DNA from: Elusimicrobiota bacterium
Lineage (GTDB): Bacteria; Elusimicrobiota; Elusimicrobia; Elusimicrobiales; UBA9959
Direction of reading: 5' to 3'
DNA: 64,000 nt
Assembly (NCBI GenBank): GCA_012517285.1
Contig: JAAYVG010000035.1
Span: 7,647 to 71,646 of the forward strand
Shown here: positions 1 through 8,772 of the stretch, piece after piece
Numbering within the stretch: the stretch's first letter is position 1
Layout: each line of letters starts with the position of its first letter
The notes under the pieces: model-generated
Told to the model about the DNA's origin: nothing
The model's database searches: none
What the model saw: the letters and a program-made list of their open reading frames with translations, nothing else
Translations under genes and position numbers: made by a program

Positions 1-4
1 GGTC

Positions 5-32
5 TTGAAAACACAAGCAGTTGTGTTATAAT
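5..32 (+). promoter_or_regulatory. sigma70-type promoter upstream of flp
   Basis: -35 TTGAAA at 5-10, a 16-nt spacer, and an extended -10 TGtTATAAT at 24-32. It lies about 25 nt upstream of the flp start. Sequence match only. Confidence 0.5.
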
Positions 33-56
33 ATAGGTATATTTAAGGGAGGAGAG

Positions 57-248
57 ATGAATAAGTATTTTAAGATGAGAAAAGGTCAGAATACTGTTGA
101 ATACCTTTTGATGCTTGCGGTTGTTGTTGGAGTTGTTTTGATTGCTGGTATGGCAATAAAGAAGTATATGCCTTCGCTATGGAGTCAGATACAGGGAATG
201 ATAAGCAGCGCTGCAGGTTCACTCGGTGCTGGAGCTGGCAATCAATAG
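57..248 (+). CDS. flp: Flp-family type IVb pilin (prepilin)
   Basis: SD GGGAGGAG at 47-54 supports the ATG at 57 rather than the ORF-track start at 21. The N-terminus MNKYFKMRKG/QNTVEYLLMLAVVVGVVLIAG shows the Flp G/XXXXEY processing motif plus a hydrophobic helix. It is the first gene of the tad cluster. Confidence 0.85.
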   Translation: MNKYFKMRKGQNTVEYLLMLAVVVGVVLIAGMAIKKYMPSLWSQIQGMISSAAGSLGAGAGNQ

Positions 249-294
249 AAATCTGTTGGTAAAAGGTATTGTAAAAAATTGATATAGATCTGAG

Positions 295-828
295 ATGATG
301 TGGTGTGGTCGTATTTATAAAAAGAGTGTGGCTGTGAAATTAGAAAAAAAGTTTAGAAAAGGACAGTCAACTGTTGAATTGTTATTGGTATTGCCTGTTT
401 TTTTTCTCTTGTTGTTCACTATAATGGAGTTTGGCTTTATAGCACACAAGGTGATAGTTGCAAACCATGCAGCTTATGAGATAGCAAGGATAGGTTCTCT
501 TCTTGCAGGACCGCAGGGTGGAAGCAAGAGCTCTGCTTCGGTTATCGAAAGTGGCAAGCTTGAGGACGTCAAGTGCCAGATATTTGGGTCTGCCTGCGGC
601 GAGGTGCAGATATATCCTGAGGTTGAGGTAACAGGCTATGATCCTCAGGTTGGGCCTCAGCATGTAAATGAGGATTTTGTCGTTACCCTTGTTTATCCTG
701 TTCATCTGATATTTCCTGGCCCTAACTATTTTTTATCTGATGTACCGAGAAGCAGTCATATCAGAAAGATAACTGTTAAGGTAAGGATGCCAATTGAAAA
801 ACCTATTTTTCAGAGCTCAAGTTTTTAG
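295..828 (+). CDS. tadE: TadE-like pseudopilin
   Basis: KKFRKGQSTVELLLVLPVFFLLLFTIMEFG matches the TadE N-terminal prepilin-like motif, and the gene sits in tad context. The exact start is uncertain because in-frame GTG alternatives lie downstream. Confidence 0.75.
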   Translation: MMWCGRIYKKSVAVKLEKKFRKGQSTVELLLVLPVFFLLLFTIMEFGFIAHKVIVANHAAYEIARIGSLLAGPQGGSKSSASVIESGKLEDVKCQIFGSACGEVQIYPEVEVTGYDPQVGPQHVNEDFVVTLVYPVHLIFPGPNYFLSDVPRSSHIRKITVKVRMPIEKPIFQSSSF

Positions 829-869
829 ATTTTTAAAGTTGATTACGCATTAATTAATAAGGAGTAAAT

Positions 870-1622
870 ATGGGAAAAAAACAAACTCTTATACCATTTC
901 TGTTAGCTTTTATTGCTGCTTCGCTTTATCTCTGGATACTTTCAAGTAAGGAGAAAGAACTATCAAAGGCATATGAGACGACACAGGTCCTTGTCGCAAA
1001 GTATGATCTGCCAGCAAGAACAATTCTTAAACCTGACCTTGTGGAGGTTGTTGATATGCCGAGGAAGTTTATAGAAAAGGATTCATATGAGATAAGAAAT
1101 CCAAGTGACATAAAGCTTATAACAAACCTTGTTACAGCCATAAGAATACCAAAAGGCAATCAGATTGTTCAATCATCACTTCTAACACTTACACCTGAGG
1201 CCGGTTTGAGCGTTAAGGTTCCACCAAGCTACAGAGGCGCAACACTTCAGGTTGATAATGAGTTGACAAAGCTTATAAAACCAGGTGATAGAATAGATAT
1301 ACTTGTTACATTTGATGCTGTTGTTAACGAAAAAAAGCAGAAGGTTACTGCTACCATACTTCAGAATGTTCTTGTGCTTGGCGTGGGTGGAAACTTGGGT
1401 CAGGGAATAACATCCGATCTTGCCAAAAAACAATCATCGCAGGAAGCAACACTTCAATCGTTTTCAGATAAGGGTGTTTTGAGTTTAGCATTGAATCCTA
1501 TAGAGGCCCAGTATCTCTCTCTTTCTCAGGAGGTTGGTAAGGTAAATGTTGTTGTGAGAGCACTCGGAGATGTCGAAGTCCATTATTTAGAGATTGCAAA
1601 CTTTAACAAGCTTATTAAGTAA
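870..1622 (+). CDS. cpaB: Flp pilus assembly protein CpaB/RcpC
   Basis: AAGGAG SD at 861-866. It has one N-terminal TM helix followed by a SAF-like/RcpC-like body, in the position typical of tad loci. Confidence 0.8.
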   Translation: MGKKQTLIPFLLAFIAASLYLWILSSKEKELSKAYETTQVLVAKYDLPARTILKPDLVEVVDMPRKFIEKDSYEIRNPSDIKLITNLVTAIRIPKGNQIVQSSLLTLTPEAGLSVKVPPSYRGATLQVDNELTKLIKPGDRIDILVTFDAVVNEKKQKVTATILQNVLVLGVGGNLGQGITSDLAKKQSSQEATLQSFSDKGVLSLALNPIEAQYLSLSQEVGKVNVVVRALGDVEVHYLEIANFNKLIK

Positions 1623-1631
1623 GGAGTAATT

Positions 1632-2366
1632 ATGTTTAAAAGTTTTAACAGAATATGTCTTCTGCTCATCGGATCTGTTTTTATATCATCATACTCATAT
1701 GCTGATGATCCGATGATTGCTGTAAGCGCTGATGTTGTTGAGATAAGCGGATCGTTACAGAAAACAAATGGCTTTGGCTGGAACGAAACATTTGATTTTG
1801 CTGAGAAAGAGATACCCGGTATATTAAAGGTTGGAGATTTTGAGAGAAAGACACAGATTGCAACATCGCTTAAACTTCTTGAAACTGAGGGAAAGGCTCA
1901 GCTTTTATCAAATCCAAAGATAATTGTAAAAAATGCCCAGCAAGCTAATTTTACGGTTGGTGGAGAAATCCCTATACCGTATTCCAATAACCAAGGTGTT
2001 GGTGCAGATTTTAAAAAGTTTGGTGTTATACTTCAGGTACTCCCTACGGTTAATCCAAACAAAAAGGACAATGTTGATATACAGATAGCCTTGGAGGTTT
2101 CAAACCCTGATTATTCAAAACCAGTTGTTGTTTCTAACACAACAATACCGTCAATGGTAACAAGGCAGATTCAGACTGAGGTTGAGATAAAAACTGGTGA
2201 AACAATAGTCATAGGTGGTCTTAAGAAAAGTTCAAGGAATGTTTCAATAAAAAGGGTCCCGGTGCTTGGTAGCATCCCGCTGATAGGGGCACTCTTTACA
2301 TCAAAGGATGTTGTGGAGGATCAGAGCTCATTGTTTTTGTTCATAACATTTGAGATTATTAAATAG
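1632..2366 (+). CDS. cpaC: Secretin (CpaC/RcpA family), unusually short at 244 aa
   Basis: It has a signal peptide. Secretin-domain motifs are present: GGEIPIPY, FKKFGVILQVLPTV, VPVLGSIPLIGALFTS and SSLFLFITFEII. No room is left for N-terminal ring domains. Confidence 0.8.
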   Translation: MFKSFNRICLLLIGSVFISSYSYADDPMIAVSADVVEISGSLQKTNGFGWNETFDFAEKEIPGILKVGDFERKTQIATSLKLLETEGKAQLLSNPKIIVKNAQQANFTVGGEIPIPYSNNQGVGADFKKFGVILQVLPTVNPNKKDNVDIQIALEVSNPDYSKPVVVSNTTIPSMVTRQIQTEVEIKTGETIVIGGLKKSSRNVSIKRVPVLGSIPLIGALFTSKDVVEDQSSLFLFITFEIIK

Positions 2367-2671
2367 GGGCACTGAAAAAAGTCTAACGGTGGAGATTTTA
2401 TAAATGAGAAACTGTATAAAAAGTTTAAAAATTTATATCAAAACTGCAAGGTTTTTGACATTTAATGTTAAAAAAGCATGCAGTTTTTACCACCTTTTGG
2501 CTTTAAATTGCCAATTTTTGGCTACGACTTCGTCGCTCGTCGTTTACAGACCTTATTCAGGTATGCTCACTCCTCGCTCCTCGTCTCGCCCGCCTGCCTA
2601 CGCCCAAGCGGCTTCGGCAGGCTTAAAAAATTGGCTAATTTATAGCACAAATAGACTTTTTCAGTGCCCCC
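2366..2671. repeat. TIR-bounded intergenic element, copy A (MITE-like)
   Basis: GGGGCACTGAAAAAAGTCT at 2366-2384 is the inverted repeat of AGACTTTTTCAGTGCCCC at 2653-2670. TAAATA direct repeats sit at 2360-2365 and 2672-2677. The internal sequence is homologous to the elements at 9.9 and 20.5 kb. Confidence 0.8.
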
Positions 2672-2686
2672 TAAATAAATTTTAAT

Positions 2687-4882
2687 ATGGCTAATAAAAT
2701 AATTACATTTACAGGACCGAAGGAGGGTGTTGGCAAAACATCCATAGCCTTGAATGCTGCTGTGGCATATGCTCACCTTGAAAATAAAAATGTAATAATT
2801 ATTCCTATGGATCATCTGATAAGATACGAACATGATAAAATGCTTGCCATACAGAACACCCCATCCGTGGTTGATATACTTAGGGTTTTAGGAAGAGATT
2901 CAATATCAAGTGCGGGTATGCTTTTAAAGGGTAAAATTCCATTTTCTCAGTGGGGTGTTGGAGTTCTTCCTCTTGCCAAAAAGAGACAGGATCTTTTAAA
3001 GCTTTCACCTGATATAATAAATGGGCTTCTTTCAAGGTTGTCACAGAACTTTGATATATTTATAGATGTTGATCCATACTATCCTATGCAGTTTTTTTCA
3101 TTTGATATATCGGACCTTATTTTCTGGGTGACAAATGCTAATGCAAACTCTCTCAACGCAACTGCAAATGTTTTTAGGGATATAAACGAGATGCATTTTC
3201 CTCTATCAAGATTTGAGGCTGTGGTAAATCTCTATGATATGCCAGGTTCACTTCCACCGAGGGATGTAGAAAAATTTTTCAAACAGCTTGGTAAGGAAAT
3301 TCTTGCTTTTATGCCGTGGGAGGATGAACTGCCTGCGCTATTTAATCAAAACAGAATACTGATAACAGAAAATCCAGACTGTCAGTGGATAAAAATTTTA
3401 AAGATAATTTTAACAAGGATTATTGAACTTCAACCTCTTGAAAAAAGCTGGTCAAGCTCTATGTCACAGGTGGAGTTCACGCATGGTAGTGATCTGCTCT
3501 GGAAGCAGGTGGAGAGATCGTCTGATTTTTTTGTTGATACACCAAATCAGCCTCAGGCAAAGAAGGTTAATGTGGAGCTTCCTCCATGGTGGGAGGAGCT
3601 TAAGATGAAGGTTCACTCTGATGTTGTTTCTCTTCTTGAAACTGAAAGGATAAAGGTGAGTGATGATCCCACGCAGAATCAAGAAGTAAGAAAGAGGGTG
3701 GACTCAATAATAAATTCACTCCTACAGAAGGAGAATCAGTATCCCTTGACGAGGGATCAGCGAACAAGATTTATCTCTGAGCTCATTGATGAAATACTTG
3801 GACTCGGTCCTCTCGAAGAGCTTATGAGGGATGCTGCTGTCACAGAAATAATGGTTAATTCACCGGATAAGATTTATATAGAAAGAGCTGGCAAACTTGT
3901 GAAAACAAAGTACAGGTTTAGGGATGATGATCAGATAATTCAGGTTATAAAAAGAATTGTTGCACCACTCGGCAGAAGAATAGATGAGTCGGTTCCACTT
4001 GTTGACGCAAGGTTAAAGGATGGCTCACGTGTCAATGCTATTATTCCTCCGCTCGCAGTGAGTGGTCCAACCCTCACAATAAGAAGATTTTCTCAAAAGC
4101 CATTTACAGATAAAGACCTTGTTTCAAAGGGTAGTCTTTCAACGGATATGGTTGATTTCATAAAACTCTGTGTTCTTTTAAGGAAGGATGTCATAATATC
4201 AGGTGGAACCGGCACAGGTAAAACTACATTTTTGAATATGTGTTCATCATACATACCTGAGGATGAGAGAATAATAACTGTTGAGGATACTGCAGAATTG
4301 AAGCTTCAACAGGATCATTGGGTTCGTCTCGAGTCCCGTCCTCCAAACATAGAAGGAAAGGGAGAGGTTACCATAAGGGATCTTGTAAAAAACTGTTTGA
4401 GAATGAGGCCAGATAGAATAATAGTTGGAGAGGTAAGAGGATCAGAAGCCCTCGATATGTTACAGGCCATGAACACAGGTCATGAAGGATCTCTTGCAAC
4501 AATACACGCCAACTCTGCAAGGGATGCCCTAACCCGTCTTGAAACAATGTGCTTAATGGCTGGTGCTGAGCTTCCTATATGGGCTCTTAGAGAGATGATT
4601 GCAAGTGCTGTTCACGTGATAGTTCAGCTTACAAGATTTTCTGATGGAACAAGAAAGGTTACATCAATAACGGAGATAACAGGAAGGGATGAAAATAAAA
4701 TACTGACGCATGAGATTTATAAATATGTTCAGACATCTGTTGATGAAAATGGTGTCGTTCATGGATATTTCACAGCAACTGGTGAGCCTCCTAAGTTCTA
4801 TCCTGACTTTAAAACTCATGGTATGGATGTTCCTATAGAGATGTTTTGGACTGAGGAGCAGAAGAAGCAGCGGTCACAGTAA
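2687..4882 (+). CDS. cpaF: Fusion of a TadZ/CpaE-like ParA/MinD domain with the CpaF/TadA secretion ATPase
   Basis: The N-terminus [20 protein letters not shown] is a deviant Walker A of the MinD/ParA type. The C-terminal half carries [24 protein letters not shown] and [12 protein letters not shown], which are the CpaF/VirB11-type motifs. Confidence 0.85.
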   Translation: MANKIITFTGPKEGVGKTSIALNAAVAYAHLENKNVIIIPMDHLIRYEHDKMLAIQNTPSVVDILRVLGRDSISSAGMLLKGKIPFSQWGVGVLPLAKKRQDLLKLSPDIINGLLSRLSQNFDIFIDVDPYYPMQFFSFDISDLIFWVTNANANSLNATANVFRDINEMHFPLSRFEAVVNLYDMPGSLPPRDVEKFFKQLGKEILAFMPWEDELPALFNQNRILITENPDCQWIKILKIILTRIIELQPLEKSWSSSMSQVEFTHGSDLLWKQVERSSDFFVDTPNQPQAKKVNVELPPWWEELKMKVHSDVVSLLETERIKVSDDPTQNQEVRKRVDSIINSLLQKENQYPLTRDQRTRFISELIDEILGLGPLEELMRDAAVTEIMVNSPDKIYIERAGKLVKTKYRFRDDDQIIQVIKRIVAPLGRRIDESVPLVDARLKDGSRVNAIIPPLAVSGPTLTIRRFSQKPFTDKDLVSKGSLSTDMVDFIKLCVLLRKDVIISGGTGTGKTTFLNMCSSYIPEDERIITVEDTAELKLQQDHWVRLESRPPNIEGKGEVTIRDLVKNCLRMRPDRIIVGEVRGSEALDMLQAMNTGHEGSLATIHANSARDALTRLETMCLMAGAELPIWALREMIASAVHVIVQLTRFSDGTRKVTSITEITGRDENKILTHEIYKYVQTSVDENGVVHGYFTATGEPPKFYPDFKTHGMDVPIEMFWTEEQKKQRSQ

Positions 4883-4902
4883 ATGTAAGCAAGAGCTGAT
4901 AT

Positions 4903-6474
4903 ATGAAACTAAAAATGTTAAAATCAAAATTTTTAAAGAAAAGTTTAATGTTGTTTTTTGCTGTGTTGTTTGTTGATAGCCTTTCCTATGCAGCTATTTT
5001 TTCAAAACCTCAGATGGAGGAGATAAAGTGTGCTTCAACAAAAACGCAGCTTTTTTATTTTTATCTCAATCCTCAGCGGGCAAATGATATAAAGGATTTT
5101 TCGTTTAAGTGCAAGGGCAATGATGTAAGATATGTGATGCCCGCGTGGATAGATCCAACACTTGCTGATATGGCTCAGAGAAAGGTCTGGAGGGACCCTG
5201 AGGAGGGAGAGATATCTGAGGCTGATCTGTGGAGAACAGCTGTTTCATTAATATATGAGTTTTTAGAGATAACGAAAAAAACATTTCCACCTGAAAATGG
5301 TGGACCGGGTATCCAACCTGCACTTCTTGTAAAAGAATATGCTGATGTAAAGATAAGATTTCAGATGTCGCTTGACAGGCTTTACAGAGCAAGGCTTTTT
5401 GGTTCGTTTGATGGAAGGGGAAGGACGATACTTGCTATTATGGATTTAATACTCAAAGAAATGGATGCCATACTTGAATCAATAGCTACCTCAAACCCAA
5501 ATAAATACAATCAGGCTGTTATAGCAATAAGCGTTCTTTCTCAGGATGCTTTCAGCATTATGTTAAAGCCACCAAGAGAGTATAAGGCACCAGAACCACC
5601 CAATAAATTTAGAGAGCTTATCATCAATATATTTGGAGTGTTGGGATGTGTGCTTATATTTTTCAGTGTTGTTATGTTCTTTATGCTCAATGAGGATAAA
5701 ACTCAAAAATGGATGGATGATTATAAAAAGAAAATAGATGTCTGGAGACAGGATTTTTCAAGACAGTTCTTAAACATAAATATAAATTATCTTGTTGCTA
5801 TTCCTATAGCTGTTTTTGGTATTATTGGAATAATTACAATGAATATTATTGCGTTTATGCTATGCTTGGTTATTGGTACAATTATAGGATTTAAATTGCC
5901 AAAGATGGTTTTAAACACTATGAAAGCAACAAGGGGAAAGAAGATTGATGGGCAGCTTATGGATGCAATAATACTTATGTCAAACTCACTCAAATCAGGT
6001 CTTGATATAATACAGGGTTTTGAGATGGTTTCAAAGGATCTTCTTCCACCGATATCAGATGAATTTGCCCTTGTTATCAAAAATTATCAGTTGGGAACGC
6101 CTTTTGAGAAGGCGCTTGGTGTTATGGAGGATAGAGTCTCAAGCAAGATGCTTTCTTATATGATAAGGGCTATAGTTTTACAGAGGCAGATTGGTGGTAA
6201 CCTTACAAGGGTTTTTGAGAGGATAGTCGTTGATATAAGAGAGGAATCAAAGCTTGATGAAAAAACTAAGGCTCTTACAGCCCAGCAAAGGATACAGTCA
6301 ATAGTTGTTGCAATAATGCCGTGGATCATGGTTTCTGTTATGTTTGTTTTTCAGCCTGATGTTATGATAAGATTCTATTCCACGCCGCTTGGTGTCTTCA
6401 CCGGAGTCTTCTGTATCATATGGATGAGCATAGGGATAAAGGTTGTATCATCGCTCGGTAAGATAAGGGTATGA
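4903..6474 (+). CDS. tadB: TadB-like T2SS-F platform protein with a ~250-aa N-terminal extension
   Basis: The C-terminal half has a T2SSF domain (LMSNSLKSGLDIIQGFEMVS..., ...NYQLGTPFEKALGVMEDRV) flanked by TM helices. The N-terminus has a signal-like sequence plus an unrecognised soluble region. Confidence 0.75.
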   Translation: MKLKMLKSKFLKKSLMLFFAVLFVDSLSYAAIFSKPQMEEIKCASTKTQLFYFYLNPQRANDIKDFSFKCKGNDVRYVMPAWIDPTLADMAQRKVWRDPEEGEISEADLWRTAVSLIYEFLEITKKTFPPENGGPGIQPALLVKEYADVKIRFQMSLDRLYRARLFGSFDGRGRTILAIMDLILKEMDAILESIATSNPNKYNQAVIAISVLSQDAFSIMLKPPREYKAPEPPNKFRELIINIFGVLGCVLIFFSVVMFFMLNEDKTQKWMDDYKKKIDVWRQDFSRQFLNININYLVAIPIAVFGIIGIITMNIIAFMLCLVIGTIIGFKLPKMVLNTMKATRGKKIDGQLMDAIILMSNSLKSGLDIIQGFEMVSKDLLPPISDEFALVIKNYQLGTPFEKALGVMEDRVSSKMLSYMIRAIVLQRQIGGNLTRVFERIVVDIREESKLDEKTKALTAQQRIQSIVVAIMPWIMVSVMFVFQPDVMIRFYSTPLGVFTGVFCIIWMSIGIKVVSSLGKIRV

Positions 6475-6480
6475 GGTATT

Positions 6481-7380
6481 ATGAATTTTGATATTTACAG
6501 CATAGTGCTTATACTTCTTGGAATACTTGGTGCTTTTTCTTTCTTTGTTTTTATTCAGAGGTTTTTTTCTCCGGCAAAGGTTGAGGAAACGGCTGTTGCA
6601 AGTGTGGCTGATATGACTCAGAAGGAGATATCTCCTTTTGATAGACTTGATCCATCAAAAAGTTTTCTTGATAAGATAGACTATGTGCTGGCCAAAAATA
6701 TGGGATTTGGCAAAAGGATTGAAAGGCTCTATCTACTTCTTGGAAAACCTGATAAGACTGATCCACTTAAACTCCTTCATATAAAAGAAGGACTTGCCGC
6801 GGGCTTACCTGTTTTTATATTTTTGCTCTCAGGATCATTTATAATAGCATTTCTTTTCATACCTATAGGTTTTGTTCTTCCTGATGTTCTGCTTGACTTA
6901 AGGATCAAAAAAAGACAGGATGATATATTGAGAAATTTTCCTCAGTTTGTTGATTTAGCAGCTCTGATGATAGAATCAGGTCTTGATTACATAACGGCAT
7001 TTGATAGAATTGTTAAGGTTTCACCTGTTCAGACAGAGTTAGAAAAAGAGGTTGGCAAGATGATAGGGGAGATACAGTTTGGATATGCAAGAACAGATGC
7101 CTTAAGAAGGTTGGCTGACAGAACAGGGCTTCAGGAGGTCAGATCATTTGCTGGGCTTGTTATACAGAGTGATGAGCTCGGAACAAGCCTTGTTGATCTT
7201 TTAAGGAATTTCAGTGCTGATATGAGGTTCAGGAGATTGAATCGTGCTGAAAAGCTTGCCGCTCAGGCATCAACAAAGATGTTGATACCACTGTTCATCT
7301 TCATATTCCCTGTTGTCTTTATACTGATGCTTGCTCCTATGATAACTGATCTGATACGCGGTGGCGGGGCTCCTTTTTAG
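6481..7380 (+). CDS. tadC: TadC-like T2SS-F platform protein
   Basis: TM helices flank a T2SSF-type cytoplasmic domain (FPQFVDLAALMIESGLDYITAF..., GEIQFGYARTDALRRLADR). It is adjacent to tadB. Confidence 0.8.
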   Translation: MNFDIYSIVLILLGILGAFSFFVFIQRFFSPAKVEETAVASVADMTQKEISPFDRLDPSKSFLDKIDYVLAKNMGFGKRIERLYLLLGKPDKTDPLKLLHIKEGLAAGLPVFIFLLSGSFIIAFLFIPIGFVLPDVLLDLRIKKRQDDILRNFPQFVDLAALMIESGLDYITAFDRIVKVSPVQTELEKEVGKMIGEIQFGYARTDALRRLADRTGLQEVRSFAGLVIQSDELGTSLVDLLRNFSADMRFRRLNRAEKLAAQASTKMLIPLFIFIFPVVFILMLAPMITDLIRGGGAPF

Positions 7381-7409
7381 AATGCTGATAAATATAGTAT
7401 GAGGTAAAT

Positions 7410-8708
7410 ATGAAAATTTTGTTTTTTGTCTTTTTTTTATCGTTTAACATATTTGCACAGAAAGCAAAGGATGAATCCTCTGCTCTTTTGAGCCTTGGCA
7501 ATGAAGGGCTTGATAAGATAAATGATCTTGAAGAAAAGAAAAAATTTTTAGGCACAATAGATATAGAAAAACAAAAGATACAGGATTATGTTTTGAAATC
7601 CATCATAGACAATGCATATGAACTATATCAGAATGGAGACTATAATGGAGCAAGTAATCTGGCTAAAAAGGTTCTTTCAATAGACCCAAGTTCTGAGGAA
7701 GCAAAGATCATATCTGAGGCATCAAAGGATTCTGATGGTAAAGCAGGTGCAAATGTGGGCAAAATATCTATGGAGGATCAGCTTCAAAAAGCACTTTCAT
7801 TGTATCAGCAGGGGGAGGTTCTTGATGCATACAGACAGATGGGAGCTATTACAAGGCTTTCTCCAAACAATGTTAAGGCCAAGTACTGGTATAAAAAAAT
7901 AGAGGCAGATCTGAAGGATTACTATCTGATAAAGGGGGATGAAGCTTATTCAGCAAACGACAAAAAAACTGCTTTGACTATGTATTATAAGGCTATGCAA
8001 TATTCACCAAATGATTCATCAGTACTGACAAAGATTTCTCAGCTTGAGGCTGAGATAAGGAATGACAGAGTCAATGAGAAACTTAAAAGAGCTCTTGATA
8101 TCTATGCCTCTGGAAATCTTGAAGAATCATATAAAGTATTAAAGGAAGCGATAAGCATCAACCCTGCTGATGAAAGGACCAATAAGCTTTTTTATGAGAT
8201 GAGATCAGAGATAGTAAATAAGTATTTGGCTGAGGGGAATGAGCTTTATAAGAAAAAACAGTACAATTCATCAATTAAATCATTTACAAAGGCTCTTGCC
8301 TATGCAGATAGTTCTACAAAGATAGAGAGAATGATAAATAATGTTAAAAGCACAATGAAAAAGGAAGAGGAGAGGAAGAAGCGTATAGCTGAAGAAAAGA
8401 AGAAGAGGGAGGAGGAAAGAAAAAAGAAAAAGGAAGAAGAAGCCAAGCAGAAGGCAGCAGGTCAGTCTTCTGCTTCTAATGAAACGACATCGTCTTCAAC
8501 TTCCGCTCTAAACCAGCAGAGCATCATTACAGAACAGAATAGAATCGCAGCACAGCAACACTGGCAAAACGGTGTAAAATATCTTCAGAGTGGTGATTAT
8601 CAAAAAGCAAAGGATGAACTTTTGATAGCAAAAAAGCTTGATCCATCTAACTCTGATGTTGATGCCGCTCTTAAAAGAATAGATCAGATTTTAAGTGGTG
8701 GACAGTGA
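7410..8708 (+). CDS. Secreted TPR-repeat protein (TadD-like position) with a Lys/Glu-rich coiled segment
   Basis: A signal peptide is followed by several TPR-like units (YQNGDYNGA, YQQGEVLDA, LQSGDYQKAKDELLIAKKLDPSN). It sits in tad context. Confidence 0.6.
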   Translation: MKILFFVFFLSFNIFAQKAKDESSALLSLGNEGLDKINDLEEKKKFLGTIDIEKQKIQDYVLKSIIDNAYELYQNGDYNGASNLAKKVLSIDPSSEEAKIISEASKDSDGKAGANVGKISMEDQLQKALSLYQQGEVLDAYRQMGAITRLSPNNVKAKYWYKKIEADLKDYYLIKGDEAYSANDKKTALTMYYKAMQYSPNDSSVLTKISQLEAEIRNDRVNEKLKRALDIYASGNLEESYKVLKEAISINPADERTNKLFYEMRSEIVNKYLAEGNELYKKKQYNSSIKSFTKALAYADSSTKIERMINNVKSTMKKEEERKKRIAEEKKKREEERKKKKEEEAKQKAAGQSSASNETTSSSTSALNQQSIITEQNRIAAQQHWQNGVKYLQSGDYQKAKDELLIAKKLDPSNSDVDAALKRIDQILSGGQ

Positions 8709-8772
8709 AGTGTCTGATATTTGTAAATCTATTGTAATATTTATTTAATATTATAATTGTAAAATATATATT

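Noticed and set aside
2404-2833. ORFs 2404-2685 (+) and 2567-2833 (-) in the secretin-ATPase spacer.
   Set aside because: They lie within the TIR-bounded repeat element A. Their sequence is low-complexity (SSSRPPAYAQAASAG comes from the GC-rich hairpin). The minus-strand ORF overlaps the genuine ATPase start. The frames are not maintained in the homologous copy B.
8358-8450. A ~90-nt polypurine tract (GAGGAGAGGAAGAAG...).
   Set aside because: It simply encodes the Lys/Glu/Arg-rich coiled segment of the TPR protein. No independent signal was seen.
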